DNA from: Octopus bimaculoides
Taxonomy: Eukaryota
Length of the DNA stretch: 64,000 bases
NCBI RefSeq assembly: GCF_001194135.2
Contig: NC_068991.1
Span: forward strand, 44,261,388 to 44,325,387
Direction: 5' to 3'
In this document: positions 13,215-27,045 of the stretch, one piece after another
How the letters are laid out: each line of letters starts with the position of its first letter
How positions within the stretch are numbered: position 1 is the first letter of the stretch
Notes under the pieces: model-generated
The model's database searches: none
Told to the model about the DNA's origin: nothing
Seen by the model: only the letters and a program-made list of their open reading frames with translations
Translations under genes and position numbers: made by a program

Positions 13215-14663
13215 TACAGATTGAAAAACATTCTAAAATTCAAAAGTTGTTTTGAATGTTGACACGACTAACTTTAAATGAAAAATTCCACAGTGCTGAG
13301 AAGGTTCTACCAATGCAGCTGTTGTGTGCTGTTATGATGTGACCGCACCTACCTTGGGTTGGGTTTCCCAGTTTATGTAAATTGACCACTTGGCAGCAGT
13401 TGTCACACCTTTGTCTGTTACTCATTGTGATTACTACCTGTTTTGTGCCCTGTGGTGTGAAGATATTGTTGAAAATGTCAAAAAAGGCCTGGAGATAACC
13501 CTATGGGTAATAGTGAAAAGAAAAAAAAACTTGACAGCAATGTAAATGTGATGCATCTGACTGAGGAGTTTGGAACGATGACCTGAAGAAACAGAATAAC
13601 AAACTGTTAAAGTTCTTTGCTAAAAGTGATGAACGAAAGTTAATGAACAATTACACGCAGTAGGAAATGAAGATCTCAATCATGTGCTGATGGATTCATT
13701 AGCGTCAGAGTGAATACATGCCACTTAATATAATGCCTATTAAACAAGCAAAAAAAGTCTATCATCTTGAACTGAACATTGAAGGTAGCCCATTAGCAGG
13801 CTTTTCTTTTCTTTGTTTTTTTCTTTTACTTGTTTCAGTCATTTGACTGCGGTCATACTGGAGCACCGCCTTTAGTTGAGCAAATTGGCCCAAGGACTTA
13901 TCCTTTGTAAGCCTAGTACTTATTCTATCAGTATCTTTTGCCAAACCGATAAGTTACAGGGACATAAACACACCCACATTGGTTGTCAAGTTATGTGGTG
14001 GTGTGGGGGTGGGGCGCAAACACAGACACACATATACACACCCAGAACCATGTGGTTGGTGAGCAAGCTACTTACCACACAACCACTCCTGTGCCTATGA
14101 CAGCAAACATTTAAGGAAAGGCACAGCATTAAATATTTAAAGATTTGTGATGATAAAGCATCTGCTGATCATGAAGTAGCAGAGAAATTCTTTGATGAGT
14201 TTGCCAAGATTGCCACTGATGAAAATCTAACAGTGGAACAAGTTTATAATACTGATGAACCATCATTGTTCTAGTGTTATTTCCCCCGAGAGAAACACTC
14301 AATACAGCTGATGAGAGAACTCCTACAGGGGATAAGGATCCAAAGACATTAGAAAATGACACATGTATACTGTAGCCTTTTAACCAAGACATAACATTAT
14401 AGGTGGAGACTGATATCTTACTTTTCTAGATGGAATTATGTACTAAAAAAAAAAATCATTAAAAATTTATATAAGATTACATTCAGGGTATGTGTCTAAG
14501 CTATATTATGAAATGTAAATGGTTATTGTGTTTACACTTGGATCCCATCTAAGCTCTCCCATTTTATAGATGCAAATATAAAAATACTCCAAAATCTGAA
14601 AAAAATTTGAAATCCACAACTATTTCAATCCCAGGAATTTAGGATAAGGGATTCTCAACCTGT
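13215..14663 (+). mobile_element. Decayed, internally deleted Tigger/pogo DNA transposon (Tigger4/Zombi-like), interrupted by a SINE
   Basis: Frameshifted transposase pieces MSK..PGDNPMGNSEKKK (ATG 13475), KKQNNKLLKFFAKSDERKLM, NEDLNHVL and FKERHSIKYLKICDDKASADHEVAEKFFDEFAKIATDENLTVEQVYNTDE. Right TIR GGATAAGGGATTCTCAACCTG+TA at ~14642-14664. Left boundary approximate. Confidence 0.85.
13826..14098 (-). mobile_element. tRNA-derived SINE (internally deleted) nested in the Tigger element
   Basis: Tail TGTTTCAGTCATTTGACTGCGGTCATACTGGAGCACCGCC and head AGAACCATGTGGTTGGTGAGCAAGCTACTTACCACACAACCACTCCTGTGCC; splits the transposase between ~13800 and ~14100. Confidence 0.85.
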
Positions 14664-16886
14664 ATTAGAAAGTAGAGAATATAGATATGATGGCTGACTA
14701 TTAGTATTGGTATACATCACAAGAGAATATCTTGGCAACCTTATGAACCAAAGAAAAGGATGTTCTGTAACCATAAAAAAGAAGTATAACCAATATATAT
14801 ACACAAATATACACGTATGTATAACATAATCAAAGGGAAATGTCCTTTGCTCATGACCTTTTTGAAGGACCTCCGAAACTAAAAGAAAGTGAGAAAGAAA
14901 CTTGTGAGTTATCCTGAGACTATAAACCTGGTCTGAATGCTTACAACATCTATCCAGATGCTAAAGGCACTCAATAGCAAGATAGATAGTGTGATTAAAC
15001 CAGGCAAAAGTCTTTTTTAATAATTTGATGTGATTTACAAATTTTGATCTCATTTGAAATTAGTCCTCTCGAATAGATAAGTTCTATGTGTTTTATCAAA
15101 TAAGATAAAAAGTAAAAAGTTTTGAGGTGGTAGTGTTATGATTTGCTTATGGTAATACTTTTATGTAATTATTCAAATATTACTCAAATTTTTTTTGTGT
15201 GACACACTCTTGACATTAGTGCATACTGCTTGATTCCTTTGATATCTATTAACTGACTCAAATTCTTGTTATTTTTTGACCTTCATGCCTTATCTTAATA
15301 TGTAACTGTCAAATTTTGCTATCACTGACTCTGGTACCTCATCCATCACATTAAATTTCTGGCATATTTTACTTTATATATGGATTGAAATTTTCTGCAG
15401 GGTTTAGATTTAAATATTTGTGTATTGCGTGTACCCACTTCGTTTACATTGCTGATTCAGTATTGAATTCCCATTCCTTTTATCTTCCTGAATTCATTTT
15501 CTTGACGATAGTTACCTTTTCAAATATCAACTATTTAACCAGCATCTTAAATTAAACTTTTTCTTTTTGTCTCTTTGGAAGTCCCTTTCTGGTTTCAAAT
15601 GCCTGCATGCCTTCCCTTCAGCTGTTACATATCAGAATCTCTTATCTCATAAGGTGTTGCCCAATCAGTAATGGCACTGAGTCAGTAGTTATAAAGAATA
15701 ATATTATTAATTTGTTGTTCGAGTGATACTATTTTTATTTAACCTCAGTAAAAATAGCCAGACAATGTTGTTAGTATGAGTATTGCTTACCATTACTGTA
15801 GTCAGCTCTTTTCAAATATTTCTGCAGCACAGAGGTAGCTGAGTCAACATGAGCGTTCCATATTATGCTTTTGTCTGAATTGAGCTCATACCATACAGAC
15901 TATTTATGAAGTTGGTCATATGGGTTGTGTAGGTACATTGTTTTGTTGGAATAGATTGTGCATATTTTATTATTTTCTTCTCCATTCCAGTGTTCTGGTG
16001 GTGGCTGCAGAAATGTGCCACTCCCCTAGATTTAAAGTTGTCAGAAGTTATTTCATGCTTCATATTTATCAATTATAACATTTTTTGTCAAATCATTGCA
16101 CTATAAAAATCAAGAAAAATAGTTACCTTTCAGAAACTATGCTGAAGCATCATCCTAGTTTCTCCTATGCACACCACTGGAATATTTCATCACCAATTTT
16201 TCAGCCTGTTCAAATTTTCATTTTTCTGCCTAATACGTAATATGGTTCGGGTTAATTTGAAACAAAACCCTCAAATTCCATAGCCTCTCAAAGTGTATTT
16301 CTTTTTATAGTTTAGAAAGGCTGCAGAGGTAGTGTTTATACTTTCATTGGACCTCTGAGAGTTGTGAGACTGATGTAACTGAAGCTCATTTTGAACATAC
16401 TTTTGGAAAAAGCATCAATGTGAAGGGAATTCTAGGGGTTCTCAGGAAGAAGGCATAGAATGTGCTACTATTATTTGTCCTTTTCAACCTACATATACAG
16501 TCTTCAAATTTTGATACCAAAGTTAATATTCAAAAATATTGATTCATAGAAATAAAAAATATGTACATGTTAATTAAGATCTCGGTTAATAATGGATCAT
16601 TAATCTCTAATATGTTATTATATGGTGGTAAATCCAGTTGGCATGAACCTGCATGAATGTATGTAATTTGTTAAAAAGATCTTTTAGAACAATGTATTTG
16701 GAATTAAAAAAAAAAAAATTTTTACAGCTAATTCTTATTTTCATTTTGTTAAGTATAGTTTTTATGTATTTACTTATATCTATTGTTGAGTGTATGTGTA
16801 TTTATGTATATTTTGACTTGTATTTATGTATTTTATATTATATTTTATGTGGATATGTATGTTTCTTTTTTGTGTGTATATATGTT

Positions 16887-16957
<71 letters not shown>

Positions 16958-17299
16958 GTTGAAATTTATAGAAAAACAAAAGACGAAGACAGGTGTATGA
17001 ACAACAAGCAAGTGTATTAATTTGATGCTTGGGAAAATGAAAAAGGCTTTTATGTTTGAAGCCTTCTCTCTACAACAGAAAGGAATAAGAGAAAATAAAC
17101 AGAGAGAGAATGAAAAAACTAGATTTCAGTGGTCCTTCGTGGCAAGTGTGTGTAAATCATGTGATGACCAGGCTATCAGATATTGTTATACATCACTGGT
17201 CACAATGTGATTTTGCTTAGTTTTAGCCTTCATATGACACCACCCTGCTGGTTAGGCTAGCAGGCCAACATTCCCGCCCTGATTGAAAGGGGGATTGGA

Positions 17300-17410
17300 G
17301 TGACAAGAAATGAAGGGTTTTACTGAAGAACACAATGTGCTGCCCAGTCAGGGAATTGAACCCACAATTTAACAGTCATGAATGCAACAGCCTAACCACT
17401 AGGCAACATG
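17300..17410 (-). mobile_element. tRNA-derived SINE head (second family), followed by (CT)n 17413-17519
   Basis: Minus strand GGCATGTTGCCTAGTGGTTAGG (A-box-like) and GGGTTCAATTCCC (B-box-like). Confidence 0.6.
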
Positions 17411-17412
17411 CC

Positions 17413-17524
<112 letters not shown>

Positions 17525-19374
17525 TGCCTCTGTATGTTTTGTTATCTGTATATTTGTATTTACAAGTGTCTGATTGTATATGCATGTATCTATTTCTTTT
17601 TTTTTTTTTTGGTTTTATATATTTGCATGTTTCATGATTGTGTTTGTGTGTTTTCCTTTCCTCTCGTTTCTTTTTCTTCATCACATTTAAACCAGTAGCA
17701 GTTTCTGATTAACATAACAATATTCCAGATAATTTGGGCAGACGTCACTTTTAAATTATCTTAATTACATAATTATGGAACCAGTGATGTTTATGCTAAT
17801 GAAACAGCTGTCGAACATAATTAAATTATGAACTATATGTGAAATTTATGCTTTCCTACTTTTTTAAAATTCTAAATATGTTAACATCTTTATCAGTTAA
17901 TGATTAAAAAAAAAAAAAAACCTTTGGCAAGTGGAATGAAGTGTTTGGTTTAAGACATGAGATTCTAACTTAATATTTCTTAACTAAAAGTCCAGGCCTT
18001 TATTCACTAAGCTATTGTACTTCCAGCAGCAGCTAGCAATAATGGTTTCTTTTTTCATAAATAGGCTTGATGTGTGAGATTTGTAGAGAAAAGAAAACGT
18101 GATGGTCATGAGGATAATAGTGTTCTATGAGGAAACAAGTTCTCAATGTATACATGATGAGTAATGAACATTTTCTTTTTTCTAGTTGAATAATTTTTGC
18201 ATTCTTCATGCATCAAAATTAATTTTGCTGATATTCACCTTAAGGATTGGTCATATTCTTGCTAGGTTGGGGGAAACTTCCTGTAGGATTATTTATTCAA
18301 TATCTGTGTAAATGCTCATAAAAAAAGCAGAATCTTTGCAGAAGATAATGTATATTTCCTGAAGGAAATTTTTTCATTCATATATTTTAGCAGCTGAATA
18401 AATTGAATTGAACTTCTACCCACAATATTCCATAAAGACAACAACTTAAATTTTTCTGTAGATGTTGTACCCAATGGCTTCTAAGTTAGGCATGATGACA
18501 ATTTTTGTAGAGAAGAGAGTATACACAGTTTCATTGACCTAGTTCTTGTTTTAAGCCTGGATTGACAAAGATGACCACAATAGGATTTCATTTCAGTTGG
18601 TAGTTGTGTGTGTATGTGTGTAGATACTGAAATGTAGTTAGTTTGATGCTTTACTGCATTCACTAGCCTACTATTATAACATTTCTTAAGTTATTTTTTA
18701 AACTCAGAAATTCTAAGCATTTGAATGTTTCTAAATGTAAATGCATTACCAGTTTTGAAAACTTATTGAAAACGTTTTAATTAGAATAATTTTCAGTTTT
18801 CACCATTTATATGGTTATTATTAACATAGATTTTTTTTACTGATTTGTGAATAAAGATGCAGCACCACAGGTTGAGGCACAATTTCAGGAATAATGATTG
18901 GGTAAACTTCTGTCATATATTACTAGAGCAGTAAGTGCAAGATGAATCAGTAGTAATGCAGTTTTTGTGTTTATTGTTGCTGCATTAGAAATACAGTTTG
19001 TTAGTAACATCTGTTACTTAGATAGGGCTACTTCGAATAATTTTTATTGTAATAAATAAGAAACTGGTTATACTGATAGTAATATTTATGATTAGAATTA
19101 GGAGTTACTGATATTAGTGGTTAATTAATTGAATGAATAGATATTGTTTTATTTTTACATTTGTCATTATTGTAAAATATTTGCAGTACCAAAGAAGTGT
19201 TCCTTAAAATATTCAAATAAAGATGCATGATAAAATATAAAGTTTTATTTTTAGAGGATATATCTGGGTGTGTTTTATTTGTAGGTGCTAATGTATATAA
19301 AAAGGAAAGGTGTTTTGATATGAATCATACTTCTGTAAAGATATGATAACTACAAGTAAAGTAAAATGTGGTAC

Positions 19375-19560
19375 TTCATCATTATCATCTGTTTTCCATG
19401 CGGGTATGGGTTGGATGGTTTGACAGGGTTCAGCTAATTGCAGGGCTTGCACTAACCTCCCCTCAGGTTTAGCATAGTTTCTATGGCTAGATGACTTTCT
19501 TAATACTAACCACTTTACTATTTGTTCAGATTGCTTTTTTCATGCCACCAGCGCTAGTGA
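19375..19560 (-). mobile_element. Short RTE-family 3' end / associated SINE-like repeat
   Basis: CATCATTATCATCTGTTTTCCATGCGGGTATGGGTTGGATGG resembles 53503-53560. Related remnants at ~4145, ~9685, ~27190-27300, ~32620-32710, ~34340-34440, ~40135 and ~44370. Confidence 0.55.
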
Positions 19561-19902
19561 AGTTGTCAAATAACTTGCAAGACAGAAAAAGGTTAAATGA
19601 AAAGGCCTTGCTACTATATTGAGAGAGAGGTGGTTTTGTGCTGGGTCTCAAAAGCTATAATATGATGGAACAAGCACAGATGTCTTGGTGTAGAGGAGAC
19701 ACATGACTACCTCACATTAAATAAGAATGGATGGGAATAGCTGTGATGGAAATGAAGGATGATAGTTATGGGGGGTGGATACAGGAAACTCTCAAGGTAC
19801 AAGATTGTGAGCTATAAGAAAGAATATGAACTGTGAATGGTGGGAAGGAGAGGCTGGACAGTTTCATAAGTGTGTGAGGGAAGAGTAACAGATAGTTAGA
19901 GA

Positions 19903-19965
19903 TGGCTATGAGGGGAACATAGGTGGCTATGAGGAGAACATAGGTGGCTATGAGGGGAATATAGT
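19903..19965. repeat. 21-nt minisatellite (GGTGGCTATGAGGGGAACATA), about 3 copies
   Basis: Imperfect tandem copies visible directly. Confidence 0.85.
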
Positions 19966-21553
19966 TGTGGATATGAGAGGGTGTTGAGAATGGTAGCAGA
20001 TATGTGAAGTTTTAAAATAGAGTATAGCAGAGGAGAACAATAACTGAAGGTACAGAAAGATGATCATGGAATGGTGTGGTAGGGGAAGAGAGGATAATAA
20101 GAATAAAGAAAGGAAGTGGTTGTCGAGGTGGGAGACAACTGGTACTTCACTGGTAGAATATATTTAACCCTTGAAATATAGATATGATTACATTATTTGT
20201 CTTCAGATTAATTTATGAAGTTCTTTTCTATGAAACCCATTAGAGAAAAGTAAAGTTTGAGTAGTTATCTAATAAATAATTAACTGCCCAGCATATGATT
20301 TGGTTTTAACCGTATTTATTTTAAAGAAAAATATATATTATATTGGAGAAAGCTGCTTATTAATTAGGTATGTAACAGTTACTAAAAGAAACAGTTATTA
20401 AAAGAAAGCAATTATAGGCTTGACCATCTGGAAATTTTTTTATAAATTCATGTTCCAAGAAATTTTCTGTAATTTCGATTTCTGAAGTATATTGAATATT
20501 TGAACTACAAGTTTTTCACAAATTTAAATATTCATTGCATTCACAGTGGTGTATTAATTCATTGCTGGTGAAATTTTCTGGTTTTGTTTGCAGCAGTCTC
20601 TCATTCTCTCTCACCTCTATTTTCATGAATGATAATTTAATATATATGAATTTCAATGTATTCATTTCAAGTTTTAATTTGCTATTTGCAAAACCCACAA
20701 TTTGAGGCACAATTTCAAGAATAATATCAGTTTCTTGAGTTTGTTAAATGAATATTTTTGATAAAATGAAAATTATTTAATATACCGGTATAATTAAAAA
20801 ATAAAAAAAAATTCAGAAGTGATTTTGTTGGTATGGCTGTTTAGAATGCTATAAGCCTTACAATAATAACTATGTGGTTGCTGCTATTTCCAGCACACTA
20901 AATGTAGTTGGGTTGCCTAGACGTTTGTTTAAATTATAGATATATTACAACTACATTAAATTACTGGAAGAAATATTTTACTAAGCAAGTAAGAATTTTT
21001 ATAAATTGAATGCTTTATCAGTTTTGAAAACATTTTAATTAGAATAATTTTCAGTTTTCACCATAATAATAGGAAGTCAGGAAGTAAATTTCCCTGAGAA
21101 CTTCAAGTTCACAAATTCATATATTCGGTACAAGATAGTTTTTAATGATCTTTTACTTATACGATTTTTTCATTTCATGTTTATTTCATTGTTTGCAATA
21201 TCCCCACCGCCTCTCACACATACACAGTCTCTTTAATATAAACACACACACACACACTCCAGGTTTTATTTCGTTATTACAAAAATATCACATTAGAATT
21301 TTGCAATTCAACATAAAATAATCATAAAAATTATTAGGATTGGGAATCAAATGTGAAAATATTCTCAAGTGACTAGCAGAAAACTGCTCAGAGGGCAATC
21401 TTTCTGCTAGTATATATAAATAAAGCTCTAATCCAATGATTTTTTTTTATTCAAGATTTTTGTTGGTATTGCAATATAATCAACAGAACTTGTTGAGTTA
21501 AATTATATTTAATTAGATATGTTCATGTTTATCTCATTTTTGTTCTATTGCAG

Positions 21554-21602
21554 TTGTTCAGGGAAGTAAGAATAATGAAAATTCTTGACCATCCTAACAT
21601 TG
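21554..21602 (+). CDS. MARK: MARK exon (49 nt): LFREVRIMKILDHPNI(V)
   Basis: attgcag|TTGTTC...AACATTG|gtatgt; phase 0/1. Confidence 0.95.
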
Positions 21603-22346
21603 GTATGTATACCTAGTGTTAAACTTTTTGAAAATTGAATGTGATAAACAAAATTTGTTAAAAAAGAACTAAAAAGTATGAGAGAATTAACAACTTTTTC
21701 TTTTTATTGAAATATCATTGAAAAAGTTTTGATCTAGATTTGAACCAAAATTCTGGACTCAGTTCACTGAAAGAATGGGAACAATGTTGAAGGATAGATA
21801 GAAAGAAGTAGTGGTTGGGTTTTTGATGGGAAGTATCTATTTTTCAGATATTGAAAAAACATTTTTGTTGCTTTCTGAGGTCATGAAAATTGAAAAGTAC
21901 TGGTCAGTTCTGATAACACATTTCTGCAAATATTTCTTGGAGGTTGATTCCCTAAAATGGAAAATATTTTCTTTTGCTATTTTGAAAAAAGTAGATGTAA
22001 TTAATGCTTTAACCAAAGTGTAAAATGCTTTAGTTTAATTTAACAAAAAAAAAAAAAANNNNNNNNNNNNNNNNNNNNNNNNNNNNNNNNNNNNNNNNNN
22101 NNNNNNNNNNNNNNNNNNNNNNNNNNNNNNNNNNNNNNNNNNNNNNNNNNNNNNNNNNNNNNNNNNNNNNNNNNNNNNNNNNNNNNNNNNNNNNNNNNNN
22201 NNNNNNNNNNNNNNNNNNNNNNNNNNNNNNNNNNNNNNNNNNNNNNNNNNNNNNNNNNNNNNNNNNNNNNNNNNNNNNNNNNNNNNNNNNNNNNNNNNNN
22301 NNNNNNNNNNNNNNNNNNNNNNNNNNNNNNNNNNNNNNNNNNNNNN

Positions 22347-22377
<31 letters not shown>

Positions 22378-22396
22378 CATACATATACATATATAC

Positions 22397-22542
22397 GACG
22401 GGCTTCTTTCAGTTTCCGTCTACCAAATCCACTCACAAGGCTTTGGTCAGCCCAAGGCTACAGTAGAAGACACTTGCCCAAGGTGCCACACAGTGGGATT
22501 GAACCCGGAACCATGTGGTTGGTAAGCAAGCTACTTACCACA
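22397..22542 (-). mobile_element. tRNA-derived SINE head plus core (well preserved)
   Basis: Minus strand GTGTGGTAAGTAGCTTGC (A-box-like) ... GGGTTCAATCCC (B-box) ... GGAAACTGAAAGAAGCCCGTCG, followed by (TA)/(TG) repeat and gap. Confidence 0.85.
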
Positions 22543-23206
22543 CCTTTTTATTGATATTCCATTTTGAAAATATACAAAAGTGGTTAGTTTTTCGTAGTTT
22601 GATATAGTGATGGTCATCAAACTGCACTAAATTACCCTGGAAATCTATGTCTTGCTTAGAATTATTGCTAACTTATGAGATTATTGTTTTGAAGCCTCAA
22701 GGTTCTCTTAGAACCTTCCTGTCTCATGTCTAATAATTTCTAATGGACCCTTTGTAACATTCTTAAACTTTGAGATTTATTTTTCCCATCTATAATGTTA
22801 GAAAGACAAAATAAAAGAGTAAGGCAAGCTTATTGTACTGAAGGGTAGCTCGATAATGTAATTTGCTTTTTATTTACATAATAGAAGGTTCAATGTTGGC
22901 ATTAAATTTCATAATGGTTTTCATTTCAGTATCTTGCCACCGAATTAGTTTTTTACTTGTCTTATTTATCCATCTTTCATATAATTGAACCAAAAGATGT
23001 TAAATAGAATGTTGTTAATAGTTGGACACAAGCTGAGACTAAGAAAATTGATAACCATTAAACTTTTCTACAATTAAACGCAGCTCCTTTATCATAAATG
23101 TTTATTAGTGTTTCAGCTAGAATCTTTTTAGATTTAACATGAAATCCCTTTTTCATTTAAAAATATTTGGTTCTTATAACATGTTCCCTTTTCTTCTCAA
23201 TTACAG

Positions 23207-23272
23207 TGAAGCTATTCGAAGTCATTGAAACAGATAAAACACTTTACCTTGTGATGGAATATGCCAGTGGCG
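23207..23272 (+). CDS. MARK: MARK exon (66 nt): (V)[21 protein letters not shown](G)
   Basis: ttacag|TGAAG...GGCG|gtaaat; phase 1/1; hinge region MEYASGG. Confidence 0.95.
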
Positions 23273-23979
23273 GTAAATAGATTATTACCATTTCCTTGTT
23301 TGGTGAAGATGTTTGTAAGATTGAATGTATTTTAAAGTTGATCCTAGCATTCATAGTTTGATAATCCTTGAAATTTGAATGTTCCTTGTATAATTGGAAG
23401 ATAAGTTGCCTTATTTTATTTTTATTAGAAGGGAAAGTGGTAAAAAATAATTTTTAACCTGAAATAATTTAATTTAGACATTAATGTATGAATTTTCTAA
23501 TGCGAAAATGCAAAAATCAGATGTTTTGGGAATAATCTCTCACTAAAACTATATGTTTGGAAGCCAGACACCTAAAGAAACATCTAAAGAGATAGATATA
23601 GCAACTGAAGCCAGCTGCCATGCCTATCTCCTTGGTAGATTTCTTTAGTTGAGAAGAGACTGCAGTTGGAATCCTTCCCTAGGTAAAGACTAATTCGGTC
23701 TTTGCTGTCCCACTCAAGCAAAGCGCATAGGCTGAGGGATGAAATGCTTGTGACTCTGAGATAGCTGCTGATGATATGGAAGGGTTTCTAACATTGAGCT
23801 AACAAGGGACCAGAGGATAGTCAGATGGGGGGGGGGGNNNNNNNNNNNNNGGAGAATAGGGGTGGTGATCAACCAGTTCAAAGCCACAGTTATGCACAGC
23901 AGCCACTGAAAGCAAGGACTTGTGTGCTGGAGTATTGTCTTAAGGAAACAAGTTTCCTTTTGTCAGTTTTCCTAAGCAT

Positions 23980-24860
23980 TTGGTCTTCATAGCCTTTCTT
24001 AACTGCCTCTGCAAGCTGGCACAGTACTCTTCATTGATGGTGTAGCCCTTTTGAAGATAATCAATAAAAACAATTCCTTTCGCATCTCCAAAAATTGAGG
24101 CTGCCAGTTTCCCTGCAGAGGAAATGACCTTGGCTTGCTTTGGAGCAGGTGAGGAGGGATGTATGGATTGTCACTTTGTCTATGGCTGAAAGTGATGAAT
24201 CCAACACTCATCCTGGGTTAGGAAATGTTCGAGGAAACCAACTGGATCTGCCTCAAACAATGTCAGATTTTCCTGTGAAGTGATTAGTTTGGTGTACTTT
24301 TGATCAGGTATCAGAAAATGTGGTACCCACCAAGTAGAAACCTCATCATGCACAATTTCATTGTGCAGAATATTCTCAACTCAGTCATAGGATATGCTAA
24401 TAGCATTGGCTATTTGATACATATAGTCAATCACTTATCATCCATCATCATGTGATGAACATGAATGTTTTTCTCAGTAATGGCAGTTGCAGGATGTCCA
24501 GATGTTGGGCCATCGTCAAGACTCTCTGTTAGCCTTCTAAATTCAGTTGCCCACTTTTGCACTGATAATAAAACTGGAATGTCATTCCATAATGTAGCAA
24601 CCATGTCAATATGAATGTCATTGGGGCTAAATGCTTTTTCTGCAGGATCTTGATAACACTACAATGCCAAATTTTGTCCATTTTCAAGAGAACTCATTAC
24701 CAGTTTTGAAGTCTTCTTTGGACAGTGGGCTGTCACTTTATCTGGAAAGAAACAATGCAGTTATTAATAAAAAAAGGTTGAAATAATGCATGCAAGATTT
24801 TACAGCTCTAGCATTACTCCTTCATAGTCAGCCTATGAACTTTCCAACCCACCCTCATTT
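23980..24860 (-). mobile_element. Decayed mariner transposon
   Basis: Minus strand TIR-like ATGAGGGTGGGTTGGAAAGTTCATAGGC; ATG at 24681 (MDKIWHCSVIK..); VQKWATEFRRLTESLDDGPTSGHPATA; DECWIHHFQP..SSPAPKQAKVISSAGKLAASIFGDAKGIVFIDYLQKGYTINEEY (mariner catalytic region), with stops and frameshifts. Confidence 0.85.
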
Positions 24861-25236
24861 ATGTTTGGAGAAGAAATTGTCATGTTTTTTTTTTTTTATA
24901 AGAGTAACAAATAAACCATAAAATATATTAAGGTTTATGGAGGTTTATTTATTTTTAATTTAGATATCAGTTTGGCAGTCTGTATGAAAACTTAAATGAA
25001 TGAAGAAGCATTGATGTTGTACATACTGTTGTTTGATACAGAAATGTTTGAACCTGGTAAAAACAAATTTCTGGGTTGCAGATTGCCAAAAGAGTTAGCT
25101 ACTTACCTTCTTCTTGACAAGGGCATTTAGTTGTAAAATACCATCTTGTTCCCATAAATACAAATTATTAATTCATGAGAAAATTAAGATATGACAACAT
25201 GGAAGAGCAGTGCAACTATTGTTGCTGGACGTTTGA

Positions 25237-25359
<123 letters not shown>

Positions 25360-26450
25360 TAGATCATTTTTGTTTACTATCACTAAATATTTTCTCAATG
25401 ACAATTTTTTCTCATAATTCTCAACATTCTTCCATGCACAATATTGCAAGTAATGTTAGTTCTTTGTTAAAATGCAGTAGCATTATTGTATCTTCAATAT
25501 TGTAGTAATCTTACAAATAAAATATCTCTTCCATCTATCTTCATTTGTTAATAATTAAACTCCTAGAGCCGAGTCATTTGATATGGTCATTATAAAATAC
25601 TCAAAATTATTTTTCTTAAACTTTTAAACATAGAACTGTGATTATGTCAGTAATGTTGGCTCAAGATTTGAAATTGGAGCCTTTTATATTTCAGCTAAAA
25701 TTTTTAAACATTTTAACTGAATTTTGCAGCAAAACTATTTTATACATTATCTGTAGATATTTGTGGTGTATTTTTAATATATTAATTTCTTTTTTAGTTT
25801 GCATGAATACAAAGCTTTTCATATAGTTACAGTTGTTTATAATTCAATTTGTTTCACTTAAATTACCTTTTTATGTGTTATTACTTTTCAAAATTTGATA
25901 AATATAAAAGTTTTCTTTGAACTTTTAGCATGCTTTGTATCATCTGAAATATATCTTCAAACATACAGATCTTCCTATTATTTAAAAGAGAATTAAGATT
26001 TCAAGAGAAGTTAATTTCTAATGGTGAAATGGAAGCAGACTAAATATTAACAGTTTGTAATTTGTTGCTAGTGTGTTTATAATGTTGGGGCAATCAAATG
26101 TGATGGAGTGTCTAACTCTTACATCAGTATCTAGTTGTAATTCCATTTCAGACAAATGATAAAATTTTTCTGACAACCTTCTAGTTCATGCTAGTATGAG
26201 GGAAGATTATTACAAACTTATAACATTTTTACATCACAATGAAAATGTTCCAAAAAATAAGTTTTGCTCCTTTTCTTTATTTATATTTTAAACTCGGAAG
26301 CAACTATATTTTTCATATCATTGGTTTTGCTCCACATAGATATCTATATTTTGTTTTCTTTTATGAATGTAATTTTCAGGAAATTATTTAGAGATTGTGT
26401 CTTTTAAATTTCTTAAACTAACAGGTTTTACTTTAATTTTTGTTATATAG

Positions 26451-26507
26451 ATCGTGTCTGCTGTACAGTATTGTCACCAGAAGCACATTGTACATAGAGA
26501 TTTAAAA
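26451..26507 (+). CDS. MARK: MARK exon (57 nt): IVSAVQYCHQKHIVHRDLK (catalytic loop)
   Basis: tatatag|ATCGTG...TTAAAA|gtatgt; phase 0/0. Confidence 0.96.
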
Positions 26508-26889
26508 GTATGTTTTTAAATAATGATTTTACTTTAGATAACTTCCATGAAAAATAAACTGCAACTTTTATTATATACTTAGTTATTGAAATGTGAATCT
26601 TCAAGATATTTAATGTTGCTTAATTTAATTATAATATCTAATTGTAGCTTTAATGTTTTTGTGTGTTTATGTTAGATTACAAAAGCATTATGTGCTTTGC
26701 TTTGGGTATCACCACACACACACACACACACACGCACGCATATATGCGTGTGTAGCAAAATAGCTGAAATTAAAATTGTCTGATTACAGACTGAGTACAA
26801 ACACTTCTTCGGTGTTTGTCTTGTGCTGTTTGGCAAAATGCAATATTTGATTTGTCTTAATTTTATTGAAATGAAAATATGTCACTGCT

Positions 26890-27045
26890 AGTAGGCATGG
26901 TTGGCTGGTTAAGAGGTTTACTTCCTGATCATGTGGTTTCAGGTTCAGACCCACTGTGTGGCTCCTTGGGCAAGTGTCTTCTGCTTCAATCAAAGCCTTA
27001 TGAATAGATTTGGTAAATGGAATGGAAACTGAAAGAAGCCCATCT
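26890..27045 (+). mobile_element. tRNA-derived SINE (diverged)
   Basis: CAGGTTCAGACCCACTGTGTGGCTCCTTGGGCAAGTGTCTTCT...GGAAACTGAAAGAAGCCC; same family as 22397, opposite strand. Confidence 0.8.
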
